Positions 7,531 to 16,394 of a DNA stretch of 64,000 nt are shown here, in pieces; positions within the stretch are counted from its first letter, which is position 1, and each line of letters begins with the position of its first letter. The notes below the pieces were generated by a model. That model did no database searches and was not told the DNA's origin. It worked only from the letters and a program-made list of their open reading frames with translations. The translations under genes and the position numbers were made by a program. Origin of the DNA: a virus; IMG/VR virus record IMGVR_UViG_3300020438_004021, positions 72,241 through 136,240 of that record; one strand, 5' to 3'.

Positions 7531-7742
7531 GTAAGTCTTGCCTAGACTGTGGAACCAATATTCCAGAAGCACGTTTGAGTGCAGTACCCGACACAGACTA
7601 CTGCGTGGGTTGTGTCGACAAGAATTCAAAGCCGGTTGTAGCCAGGTTGATTTTCAATCACAAGACAGCTGGTGAAGTATTCATCGCCAAGGGAAAAGAG
7701 AATGTGAGAATCCTAGAGAGGGAGTACTCAAGGGGCAGGTAA
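7527..7742 (+). CDS. TraR/DksA C4-type zinc-finger protein
   Basis: CxxCG..IP.ARL..VP....CxxC. Confidence 0.85.
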   Translation: MSKSCLDCGTNIPEARLSAVPDTDYCVGCVDKNSKPVVARLIFNHKTAGEVFIAKGKENVRILEREYSRGR

Positions 7743-7748
7743 TATTCT

Positions 7749-7756
7749 TATAAATA
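7749..7756 (+). promoter_or_regulatory. T4-type late promoter
   Basis: Intergenic TATAAATA. Confidence 0.7.
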
Positions 7757-7774
7757 ATTTCAGAGGGACTCCCA

Positions 7775-8038
7775 ATGAAGATTGTGAAAGTGACATGGAT
7801 AGATGCTGAAGAATATGGTGAAATTGGTTGGAATTCTCTTAAATCGATGAAAACCTATGCCAAGAAGCCATGCCCCACTATGACTAGTGTTGGGCATGTT
7901 CTGTATGAAGACGATAATCACATATCACTAATCAGTACCGTTGGTGAAAAAGAGTCCAGCAGTGTAGACAAAATTCCCAAGAGTTTCATTAATAAGATAG
8001 AAGAACTTACTGAAAAGGTGAATGAAAAAGATGCCTAG
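7775..8038 (+). CDS. Hypothetical protein
   Basis: V.V.WIDA...GW...SVG pattern I recognise from small phage proteins. Confidence 0.7.
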   Translation: MKIVKVTWIDAEEYGEIGWNSLKSMKTYAKKPCPTMTSVGHVLYEDDNHISLISTVGEKESSSVDKIPKSFINKIEELTEKVNEKDA

Positions 8039-8324
8039 TTATGAATACGCCTGCAAAGAATGTAAAGAAGTTTGGGAAGAAGTCAGAAAAATATCTGATT
8101 GTATGATACCCACTAACAAGAAGTGCCCACACTGTGGTGCTAAAAGAGGCAGCATCTACCGTCACTTCAGTTCTGCACCATCAATGAAGATGGATGCCAA
8201 TATGGATTTAACAAAACCACACAACCATGGTGGATTCCAAGATGCGATGAGGAGAGTCGCGAATGCACCTGGTGTTAAAGGTACAAAATATGCGGACAAA
8301 ATCAATGAAAAGCATATTAGTTGA
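8031..8324 (+). CDS. FmdB-family zinc ribbon protein
   Basis: MPSYEYACKEC...CPHCG. Confidence 0.85.
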   Translation: MPSYEYACKECKEVWEEVRKISDCMIPTNKKCPHCGAKRGSIYRHFSSAPSMKMDANMDLTKPHNHGGFQDAMRRVANAPGVKGTKYADKINEKHIS

Positions 8325-8395
8325 CAATATCATCAGCAACCGATAAATACAAGTACACAACCAACCAAAACGTTTTATTATGAAGGAGTTTCGTT

Positions 8396-9469
8396 ATGAT
8401 TGAGTCTGGTAAGGTGAATTTTCTTATTGATGGACAGTGGGGAAGCACTGGCAAGGGCAAACTTGCCGGTTACATGTATAGCAGATTTAAGAATCTGAAC
8501 ATGGCAATCAGTGATAATATGCCAAATGCGGGGCATACCTTTACACGCGATGGTAAGAACTTCATCTTTAAGGCCCTTCCTACCGGAGTTTTGTTCGATG
8601 AAGTGACATCTTTAATCGGTCCACAGGCAGTGATGGGTGAAGAGCAGTTCCAATATGAAATGGAGATGGTGAAGAACGAAATAGGTCACTATCCCAAGGT
8701 AATCATCCACCCAATGGCAACCGTTGTAACCGCCAGTGACAAAGATGCTGAAGCAGGAATCGTCAGCAAAATGGCAAGTACGGGTCAGGGTTCTTGTTCC
8801 GCTACCGTTAAGAAGATGTGGAGACGAGGAGAGGCAAACCTCGCCAAGAACAGCAAGGTGTTTGATGAATTCGTCGGTGATACCCATTCCTTCCTTCATG
8901 AAGGACTTAAGAAGGGTGGTGCTGCACTTTCGGAAGGTAGTCAAGGTTTTGACCTTTCAATGAATTGCGGACATGCCTACCCACACACGACGTCACGCGA
9001 TTGCTTGATCGGGAGAATGATGGACAATGCAGGATGCCCAGTCAAGTCTGTAGGTAGCATAATCGCTTGTCTAAGGACACTGCCAATTCGCGTTGGAAGC
9101 ACTGAGAACACGAGCGGTCCTTACTACGACGACCAGAATGAAATCGACTGGAAGACGGTATCCGATATGTGTGGTCATGATGTAGAAGAAAGAACTACAG
9201 TGACCCAGAGAGTTCGTAGAGTATTTACATTCTCGGAAGAACAGACTAGGAAGTTCTGCGAATTTGTTCGTCCGGATTATGCATTCCTTAACTTCGTTAA
9301 CTACTATAAGGAAGAGGGAGACCGACTCAATGCTGTCTCTGAAGTAGCGACAATTCTGGGTGAGTACGGTTGCGACCTTACACTACTAGGTACTGGTGCT
9401 GGACTAGACGATATGGAAATGACCAGCAACGAGCAAATCCTAGGCAAGCAGGAAACACTTTTTGCATGA
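8396..9469 (+). CDS. purZ: PurZ, N6-succino-2-amino-dAMP synthase (PurA paralog)
   Basis: GSTGKG (PurA has GDEGKG), NMPNAGHT, IHPMATV, STGQGS, EGSQG, YPHTTSRD, PIRVG..SG.Y.DQ.E..W, TTVTQRVRRVFTFS, FLNFVNY (PurA has TKLD); 357 aa. Confidence 0.9.
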   Translation: MIESGKVNFLIDGQWGSTGKGKLAGYMYSRFKNLNMAISDNMPNAGHTFTRDGKNFIFKALPTGVLFDEVTSLIGPQAVMGEEQFQYEMEMVKNEIGHYPKVIIHPMATVVTASDKDAEAGIVSKMASTGQGSCSATVKKMWRRGEANLAKNSKVFDEFVGDTHSFLHEGLKKGGAALSEGSQGFDLSMNCGHAYPHTTSRDCLIGRMMDNAGCPVKSVGSIIACLRTLPIRVGSTENTSGPYYDDQNEIDWKTVSDMCGHDVEERTTVTQRVRRVFTFSEEQTRKFCEFVRPDYAFLNFVNYYKEEGDRLNAVSEVATILGEYGCDLTLLGTGAGLDDMEMTSNEQILGKQETLFA

Positions 9470-10020
9470 TTCAGCACTGCGTAATAGGACAGGCTGGTAG
9501 TGGTAAGTCCACATTCATAGAGAAGAAATTCCCTAGGGACGAACACATCTTCTTTGATACGGGTAGCATGCTTAGAAGCATGTTTACCTGTCTCAAGGGG
9601 GAACAGACTAGCAAGAACGTTTGGGATTTTGCAAATCCGTTGGTATATAGTGTTTACAAGCAGTGCTGCACTGTTTCAGAGAACACCGGTTATGAGTTCA
9701 TAACTGACGGTTTCCCTAGGAACTCATCTCAAGTTAAGAATATGCATATGTTTTTGACTTCTCTACCCCATAGCAATTCTATCATATTCCATATGCTGGA
9801 CATTTCAGAAGAAGAGCAGATTAGGAGGATAGAGAAGAGAAATGGAAAGATGAGCGACTATCATATTGATAGGATATCACAGTCTAGGAGAGACTTCGAG
9901 TCTGTATTGGATGAACTAGACAGGATTATGAGTAGCAGCACTGCGAACAGAACCTTAATAGAGATAAAGTGGTATAAGCAAGAAGATGGTGATTTCGTTC
10001 TGGACAGAAGTTATAAATAG
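9466..10020 (+). CDS. Adenylate kinase-like nucleoside monophosphate kinase
   Basis: P-loop GQAGSGKST, TGSMLR, DGFPRN..Q; ATGA overlap with the purZ stop. Confidence 0.85.
   Translation: MIQHCVIGQAGSGKSTFIEKKFPRDEHIFFDTGSMLRSMFTCLKGEQTSKNVWDFANPLVYSVYKQCCTVSENTGYEFITDGFPRNSSQVKNMHMFLTSLPHSNSIIFHMLDISEEEQIRRIEKRNGKMSDYHIDRISQSRRDFESVLDELDRIMSSSTANRTLIEIKWYKQEDGDFVLDRSYK
10012..10019 (+). promoter_or_regulatory. T4-type late promoter
   Basis: TATAAATA just upstream of the AGGAG SD. Confidence 0.7.
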
Positions 10021-10035
10021 TCAGGAGATTTACCT

Positions 10036-10587
10036 ATGGCATCATTCAACTATGAAATTCCAGACGAATACTTAGAAAATGCATCCGACTTCGGGTTTAC
10101 TACGGTAGACTCCGATGCTGTAGAACAACAAGAAAGAGATGTAGCCGAAGAAGTAGCGGGTGAAATATCATCAAATCTTATTGGTCAGATTAGCACCAAG
10201 ATTAGCGGTCTAGAAGGAAAAATCAATTCTGTCCTTCTTAAAATGCAAGATGAAACAGATGAAGACAATGTAGCAGGTGAAATAAATCTGGTTAGGATAG
10301 AAGAGAAGATAGATAAGATTCTTGCTATGGAAAATGAAGAACTTGCCAGTAGCATACAAGCACAAGGTGAGAGCATCCGTGCAGTCATAGATGAAGTAGA
10401 AGAGAGAAAAAGCACACTAGAAGACCAATACCTAGATAAAATGAAGGAAATTGAAAAACTGGTCTTACCTCTATTGGTTAATCTGACCAAGAATCCAGAA
10501 AGAGAGTACCTCTTCTGGCCTGATAGGTCTGAAAAAGTCAATAAGCAGATAGGAAAAGTCCTTTCTATTACAAGAAATGCCGAATAA
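10036..10587 (+). CDS. Coiled-coil hypothetical protein of T4-like phages
   Basis: DFGFTTVD...LPLL.NL.KNPE..Y..WP.R motif. Confidence 0.75.
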   Translation: MASFNYEIPDEYLENASDFGFTTVDSDAVEQQERDVAEEVAGEISSNLIGQISTKISGLEGKINSVLLKMQDETDEDNVAGEINLVRIEEKIDKILAMENEELASSIQAQGESIRAVIDEVEERKSTLEDQYLDKMKEIEKLVLPLLVNLTKNPEREYLFWPDRSEKVNKQIGKVLSITRNAE

Positions 10588-11257
10588 AAAATTCACCCAT
10601 CTATCCAATAAGATAACCGAGGATATAGATGCCGTCACCAACAAGGACGGTTCTAGATTCTACCAAGCACCCAATGGTGAGAAATACCCCAGTGTCACCA
10701 CAGTCACTGGTTGGGAGAAGAAGGCTTTCTTCGCTGAATGGAGGAGGAAGAACCCCAAGGAATCTAAAAGGGTTCTGTCCGTAGGAACCAGTATGCACCA
10801 GGTAGTAGAAGATTTCTTAGATAATAAAGAAACCTACCTCGATGGTGCATCTCAATCTGCCATTAATCTTTTTCAGTACATGAAGCCTGTCCTGATAGAG
10901 AAGATAGATAATATCAAAGCACAAGAAGTCGCCCTATGGAGTAGTTTATTGGGGTTGGCAGGAAGGGTGGATTGTGTTGCTGAATATGATGGTAAGTTGT
11001 CCATCATAGATTTTAAGAGCAGCAGAAGAGAGAAGAAAGAAGAATATATAGGCAACTACTTCGCTCAGGCTACCGCATATGCCATAATGTGGAAAGAGTT
11101 AACTGGTGAGCAAATAGACCAGATAGTTATACTGATATCTTGTGAAGATGGTAGTGTCCAGCAATTCATAGATAAACCAGTAAATCACGTAAAAACGCTC
11201 AAAGAGATGATAGACAAGTACTATCAGAGTCAGGCACTATCGGAGTATTTAGGTTAA
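10577..11257 (+). CDS. PD-(D/E)XK exonuclease
   Basis: YPSVTTV, GT.MH, AGRVDC, IIDFKSS, YF.Q..AYA. Confidence 0.9.
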   Translation: MPNKKFTHLSNKITEDIDAVTNKDGSRFYQAPNGEKYPSVTTVTGWEKKAFFAEWRRKNPKESKRVLSVGTSMHQVVEDFLDNKETYLDGASQSAINLFQYMKPVLIEKIDNIKAQEVALWSSLLGLAGRVDCVAEYDGKLSIIDFKSSRREKKEEYIGNYFAQATAYAIMWKELTGEQIDQIVILISCEDGSVQQFIDKPVNHVKTLKEMIDKYYQSQALSEYLG

Positions 11258-12474
11258 GACCTAGGGACGGTTCTCTTAAAAGTGACATCGATACACGGTC
11301 TAAAGTCTACACGACTATCATTCACCGAATATATCTCCATCATGTGTCTCCAATGGGTGTAATACCCATCTAGAGAACCTTGACCATCTACATGCTCGGT
11401 ATTGGTATCATCGTTGCCAATGAACACCATTCTCAGATCTCCCGTTCTGCTATCTATGCAATCCTGAACGAGAGAAGTAACATCCACCTTGACCTCAGGG
11501 ACCGCAGGTATCGTTCCTAGAGAACCTGCGATTCTCACCCTAGCACCACCTACTGATGGTTTTATCCCTATCATGGCTCCGGTTGTGATTCCACCACCAG
11601 TATCTAATGTAACACCCGTTTCATCACCAGTTCGTCCTGCATCGTCGTCAGGACCTATAGTAACCCCATTGCTGGTATCGTCGTCAGGTTGGTCTGGGAG
11701 TTCGTTTCCATCCCCAAATGGTTTCACACCTAACCAACAATGTCCCAATGGGCTGGCATTCGTTATGTCGGCTGAATTGGTAGCACCAGAAGAATCTCCA
11801 CCGCTTGAACCCCAATAGGCATCAGCAGTTGGAGCACCTTTGAAATGATACCAACCCATAGTATCCATAGAACCAGCAGTCCACCCATTGCTAGCGCCTT
11901 GAACGTTAGCATTCCTAGTACCTCTATAAATGCAATATATTCTGTCTGCTATTGCATAAGTAGCACCACCATCATAGAAGGGTACGTGGTGACCCCATAC
12001 TTTATGGATTTTAAGACTTAATGTAGCACTAACGATGGTATCTCCACCTGTCAGTCCATAAGTTCCACCACCACCAGGATCTGTTGGGTCGTTTGGATTA
12101 CCTGGTGGACCCCAGTCGCTGACATTGGTGTACCAAAAAATTCTAGCAGCTGGAGTTGCTAATTCATAAGCATCACCGAATTCTTGTTCTCCCCACATAT
12201 CTTTGGTCATATAATATCTGGCAGCCGCTCCCAGTTGGAGAATGGCATCAGAACTAGCACCCAATGCTGTCCTATGTAGGTGGAAATCGTTGAAGTAAGT
12301 CTGAGATGTGGGTCCAGTAGCACCATCAATTATTTGTATATCTCGAACATAGGTGTCTTCGTTAGGGTAAAGTCTCACCTTAGCGGTTACTTCAGTCCCA
12401 CCGTCACCACCATCATCTGGTTTGTTGACTTCAGCCTGTCTTCTTTTAGTTAATCTGTGCCTTGCTCGACTCAT
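11254..12474 (-). CDS. Putative virion protein with DNRLRE-like domain
   Basis: EDTYV...IVSATLSL...DVTSLVQ...RPCIDVTF pattern; G/T-rich. Confidence 0.55.
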   Translation of the reverse strand: MSRARHRLTKRRQAEVNKPDDGGDGGTEVTAKVRLYPNEDTYVRDIQIIDGATGPTSQTYFNDFHLHRTALGASSDAILQLGAAARYYMTKDMWGEQEFGDAYELATPAARIFWYTNVSDWGPPGNPNDPTDPGGGGTYGLTGGDTIVSATLSLKIHKVWGHHVPFYDGGATYAIADRIYCIYRGTRNANVQGASNGWTAGSMDTMGWYHFKGAPTADAYWGSSGGDSSGATNSADITNASPLGHCWLGVKPFGDGNELPDQPDDDTSNGVTIGPDDDAGRTGDETGVTLDTGGGITTGAMIGIKPSVGGARVRIAGSLGTIPAVPEVKVDVTSLVQDCIDSRTGDLRMVFIGNDDTNTEHVDGQGSLDGYYTHWRHMMEIYSVNDSRVDFRPCIDVTFKRTVPRS

Positions 12475-12499
12475 ATTTCACATACCTCATGGGTTATTA

Positions 12500-13297
12500 T
12501 CATGTACCAACTATTCTAATGTCCGCAGTGCCGGTCCCTGTGCAGGTTGCTCTAATTCCGTTAGAGTTGGATGCCTCGATAAAGAGACTATCAAATGCTT
12601 GTAGAGCATACCCATTATTGGCACTAGTGATTCCGGTGTCGAATGTACACCCAATGAATGCAGTAGCAGGACCGAAGTTAGTGATTCTGAATCCTGTGGC
12701 AAATGTCCTTGCGGGCAATGTTTGCTGTGCCACTGCTGTAGAACCTGTTGATTTCTGTGCGAAAAGGAAACCGGTAGTGAAACCGGTGCTGTTACTTGGG
12801 TGTGTAGAAGGTATTGCTACTGTAAGAACGTCAACGTCACCGATATTATTAGTACTGGCGGCTAGTTTAACATCACCAGTGATCTGGGCAGTGATTCCTA
12901 GCAGTCCACTTGATGCCACGGAGATGGTAGCACCATCTGCAAACCCTTTAACAGTGCTGACAAAATCTAGAGTACCACCCACCACCTTGTCGAGAGTGCC
13001 ACCACCAATAGTCACATTCGATACATCGAACGATGCACCACCAGTAATTAGGACTTGTACGGGGAGTGTACCTGAGGTGTTACCCGCTACTGGTATGGAA
13101 CCAAATCCGGCTGCATTGGTATGCATGATTGGGACAGGGGCTGCATTGGTCATCAAGGAGTCAACGCCATCGCCTCCGGTGTTGATCTTAATTTCTTGAA
13201 AATGCCCTACATTATCCCCACCATAGTCAGTCGCCAAGGTTGCTCCGACAGGACTTGTCGATGTAATTTGAATATTATCAGATGTTAGTTGTGCCAT
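12500..13297 (-). CDS. Putative virion structural/fibre protein
   Basis: G/S/T-rich, beta-strand-like; GGAG SD. Confidence 0.6.
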   Translation of the reverse strand: MAQLTSDNIQITSTSPVGATLATDYGGDNVGHFQEIKINTGGDGVDSLMTNAAPVPIMHTNAAGFGSIPVAGNTSGTLPVQVLITGGASFDVSNVTIGGGTLDKVVGGTLDFVSTVKGFADGATISVASSGLLGITAQITGDVKLAASTNNIGDVDVLTVAIPSTHPSNSTGFTTGFLFAQKSTGSTAVAQQTLPARTFATGFRITNFGPATAFIGCTFDTGITSANNGYALQAFDSLFIEASNSNGIRATCTGTGTADIRIVGT

Positions 13298-13389
13298 TAT
13301 CAGTACTCTCCAGATTTATATAAGTGTTGACAGGTATTACCCACTAATTATATATAAGATGAAAGCAGTGGACGAAAAAGGGGCTTATC

Positions 13390-13611
13390 TTGATTGAGGA
13401 TGGTATTGATTTTTGTAAGGACGTTGAAAAACTGATTTTGAACGACACCTTTGACAATTATATTGATGCTGTCCTGCATCTTTGTGATGATAAAGGGATT
13501 GAGCCGTTCGTCGCAGCCAGGATGCTAAGCAAACCGATAAAAGAGAAAATAAAAAAGGAGGGGCAGGAGATAAATCTGCTCCCCAGAAAAACACGGCTAC
13601 CAATAAAATAA
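13390..13611 (+). CDS. 33: Late transcription coactivator gp33
   Basis: YIDAVL..C...IEP....LSKPIKEKI..E....NLL; lies upstream of gp32. Confidence 0.8.
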   Translation: MIEDGIDFCKDVEKLILNDTFDNYIDAVLHLCDDKGIEPFVAARMLSKPIKEKIKKEGQEINLLPRKTRLPIK

Positions 13612-13615
13612 TATA

Positions 13616-13644
13616 TTGACAAGAGAATACCCATGTGGTATAAT
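13616..13644 (+). promoter_or_regulatory. sigma70-type promoter of gp32
   Basis: TTGACA-17-TATAAT with extended TG. Confidence 0.9.
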
Positions 13645-13689
13645 GGAATTTGAAACGAAACGCAGTAATACAATACAAGGAGAAATATT

Positions 13690-14592
13690 ATGAGTTTCAG
13701 TAGTATGAAAAAGTCTTCGGGAGACAACACGAAGCTGTTGGATGAATTGAGTAAGATTTCATCTGGAGACAAGGCAAGTTATAAAGACGATAGATTCTGG
13801 AAGCCTGAACGAGACAAGTCCGATAACGGGTTTGCCGTAATTCGGTTCCTTCCTCCAGTAGAAGGTGAGGATTCACCTTGGGTTCGAATGTTCTCACATG
13901 GATTTAAGGGTCGAGGTGGTTGGTACATCGAGAATTGCCCAACTACAATCGGTCGCAAGTGTCCTTTGTGTGAGGCAAACAGCGAACTATGGAACAGTGG
14001 ACTTGAGACCGATAAGGATGTAGCAAGAAACCGCAAGCGAAGACTTAACTACATCTCAAATATTCTGGTGGTAAGTGACCCCAAGAATCCAGACAACGAA
14101 GGTAAGGTCTTCCTCTACAAGTTCGGCAAGAAGATTTTTGATAAGATTATGGAATCTCTTCAACCAGAATTTCAAGATGAAGAGGCGATTAACCCATTCG
14201 ACTTCTGGAAGGGTGCTAACTTCAAGTTGAAGGTCCGTAAGGTAGCAGGATTCATCAACTATGATAAGAGCGAATTTGACATTCAGTCTGAGATGTTCGA
14301 TGGTGATGATGGGAAGCTGGAAGAATTGTGGAAGAGTCAGTACCCTCTTCAACCACTAGTAGCACCCGACCAGTTCAAGAGTTATGATGAACTGAAGGCA
14401 CGTCTGATGCAGGTACTTGGTGGTGGTAACTCTAATATCGCTACCTCTGCTGATGAGGTCACCAACGAAGATGTAAAGAAGGTCGCCGAAGAGCAGTTTG
14501 GTACTAATAAAGAAGAGACTGTTTCTTCTAGTGAACCAAAAGAAGAGACCGATGCACTAGCATACTTTGAGAAACTAGCACAAGAGGATTGA
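13690..14592 (+). CDS. 32: Single-stranded DNA-binding protein gp32
   Basis: DDRFWKP..DK..NG.AVIRFLP, WYIENC, FDFWKGANFKLK, acidic tail. Confidence 0.97.
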   Translation: MSFSSMKKSSGDNTKLLDELSKISSGDKASYKDDRFWKPERDKSDNGFAVIRFLPPVEGEDSPWVRMFSHGFKGRGGWYIENCPTTIGRKCPLCEANSELWNSGLETDKDVARNRKRRLNYISNILVVSDPKNPDNEGKVFLYKFGKKIFDKIMESLQPEFQDEEAINPFDFWKGANFKLKVRKVAGFINYDKSEFDIQSEMFDGDDGKLEELWKSQYPLQPLVAPDQFKSYDELKARLMQVLGGGNSNIATSADEVTNEDVKKVAEEQFGTNKEETVSSSEPKEETDALAYFEKLAQED

Positions 14593-14622
14593 TTATTCTT
14601 TAGTATTTTGTTATGCCTCTTG

Positions 14623-14660
14623 TTGGGGGTGGGTACTTTGAAAAAGGTGTCCACCCCCAA
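14623..14660. terminator. Hairpin terminator between convergent genes
   Basis: TTGGGGGTGGGTAC...GTGTCCACCCCCAA stem. Confidence 0.75.
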
Positions 14661-14668
14661 TGCTTATA

Positions 14669-16201
14669 TCAGGCGATAATTGGGAAGGGTTTGAGGAATG
14701 AAGGGTCTTGTAATACCATAGGTGGTGCTGTGAAGGTATTATTCTCGTTGTTAATGAAGGTGTTGACGCTATTTGAAGATGGAGCGGGTGGACCAACAAA
14801 ACTTGGTTGGTTGGCATAACCTTGTGTAGCATCTGCTTTCTGTTGTTGATCTCTAAGGTCCGTCCCACTTTGGGCGGGTCTCCTAGCGGCTAGCATCGCT
14901 TCTCTTTCGGCCCTCATTGAATCTCTTGCTGCTTTTCTAAGTTGCCTTTCTTTCTCTCTTGCTTGCTTTCTAGCCTCCATCTCCTCTAGTTGTTGCTTCT
15001 CTAGATCAGCATCTTCTTTTTCCAATCTTGCTGTTCTCTCTTTTCTGATCCTTCTCAACTCATCCAGACCAGCCTGTTGTTCTGCAGCAAAATCGTCTCC
15101 TACTAAGAAGTCTCCTAGGGTGGTTGAGTTAATGTAGTTAGTAATTCCGACTTGAATTTCTGCTATTTTCTCTACTAAGAAATAACCGAAATCCATGAAG
15201 AGTCTACCGAACCCCTTGGCGAATCCTATTAATGTGTTCCCCACTGCAACACCCAGTTCAAATATTACTGAACCGATTGTCTTACCTAAGTCGACCACGA
15301 AATCCAGCATGTTCCCAATCAGACCTGACTCGCCTTCTCCAGAGAACCAGCTTATCACACCGTCTATCATATCTCTGATTGCGTTAGGTAACGTGAACTG
15401 GAAGAAGAATGATAGATTATCTCCAAGGATTCCTATATAGTAGGGTACATTGGTGGCAATCCAGTCTATCGCCATTCCACCATACTCAACTATGCCGTTT
15501 AAGATTCTACTCATATTCTCTTGGAATCCAGCCCTTATGTCAATCAGACCAAATGTAAGAGAAGAGACGAAACCGTCTAAGAATGCTAGAAGTACTTCAG
15601 ATATAGTACCTCCTGACTCATATTCACGGAAGGCTGCTATTCCACCCTCGATTGCACCTATTAGTAGTGTCAGAGGGAAGAATACCTTACCAAATATCTT
15701 GCCAACGGTCTTGAACACACCCAACACTTTGCCAAATATTGGGAATACAGCAGTTAATCCTGCTACCAGTTTACCAGGTCCCTTTATTATCTTACCTATG
15801 AAACCAAATATCTGACTGAATACAGGAATCTTATTGCCTATCTGCGTGATTAGACCAATCACTTTAGCAATACCAGGAACCTTCATGAATGCACCTATCG
15901 CTGGACCCACGAATCCGGCAATTAGTGCTGCACCCATTGCAGGCAGTGCTAGCAGTGCGGCTGCTATCCCCTTAGCAAGTGTGCTCGGTTTCACTTTCAT
16001 CATACTCTTAGGGGCAGACAAGATACCTGTCATCTTGGAAAAGAGACTGGAGAAGAAAGCATTTTGCTCTCTTTGATTTTCTTTGTCTTTGAGCTTATCT
16101 TCTTTGCCTTGTTCCTTAATGGCATCTGTTACCTCGGCGTTCCCTTTTTGGATCGCCCAAGCAAGTTTCATTACTTCTGATTTTAAGCCTTTTTCTGCCA
16201 T
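14669..16201 (-). CDS. Tape-measure-like protein (gp29-like)
   Basis: 510 aa, helical with amphipathic/hydrophobic segments and coiled coil; directly downstream of gp26/gp51. Confidence 0.65.
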   Translation of the reverse strand: MAEKGLKSEVMKLAWAIQKGNAEVTDAIKEQGKEDKLKDKENQREQNAFFSSLFSKMTGILSAPKSMMKVKPSTLAKGIAAALLALPAMGAALIAGFVGPAIGAFMKVPGIAKVIGLITQIGNKIPVFSQIFGFIGKIIKGPGKLVAGLTAVFPIFGKVLGVFKTVGKIFGKVFFPLTLLIGAIEGGIAAFREYESGGTISEVLLAFLDGFVSSLTFGLIDIRAGFQENMSRILNGIVEYGGMAIDWIATNVPYYIGILGDNLSFFFQFTLPNAIRDMIDGVISWFSGEGESGLIGNMLDFVVDLGKTIGSVIFELGVAVGNTLIGFAKGFGRLFMDFGYFLVEKIAEIQVGITNYINSTTLGDFLVGDDFAAEQQAGLDELRRIRKERTARLEKEDADLEKQQLEEMEARKQAREKERQLRKAARDSMRAEREAMLAARRPAQSGTDLRDQQQKADATQGYANQPSFVGPPAPSSNSVNTFINNENNTFTAPPMVLQDPSFLKPFPIIA

Positions 16202-16202
16202 T

Positions 16203-16394
16203 TTACATTCCTATTTTGCTTTTCGCTAATCTCTCGTTTTCCTCTTGGATATGATTGCTCAATAAAGTTATATATATTTGTCTTTCCCAAGGTATCATAT
16301 TTTCTATCTCTGTAATAGAATACTTATGATGTTGTGCCATTGCAAAATTGGTCTGATAGAACCCTATCAAGGTGTCATGGAAAAGACTTACACG
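16203..16394 (-). CDS. 51: gp51-like baseplate hub assembly protein; -1 frame continuation of gp26
   Basis: Not in the ORF track. Translates RVSLFHDTLIGFYQTNFAMAQHHKYSITEIENMIPWERQIYITLL...; YxTNF..QHHKYS..EIENMIPWER is the gp51-like signature. Confidence 0.85.
   Translation of the reverse strand, partial: RVSLFHDTLIGFYQTNFAMAQHHKYSITEIENMIPWERQIYITLLSNHIQEENERLAKSKIGM

Noticed and set aside
8396-9469. Ordinary purA auxiliary metabolic gene
   Set aside because: Lacks the PurA catalytic Asp (GDEGKG) and the GTP-specificity TKLD, and carries the PurZ-type GSTGKG and NFxNY instead
10577-11257. Cas4 of a CRISPR system
   Set aside because: Lacks the four-Cys Fe-S cluster pattern, has no cas neighbours, and matches the common T4-like exonuclease
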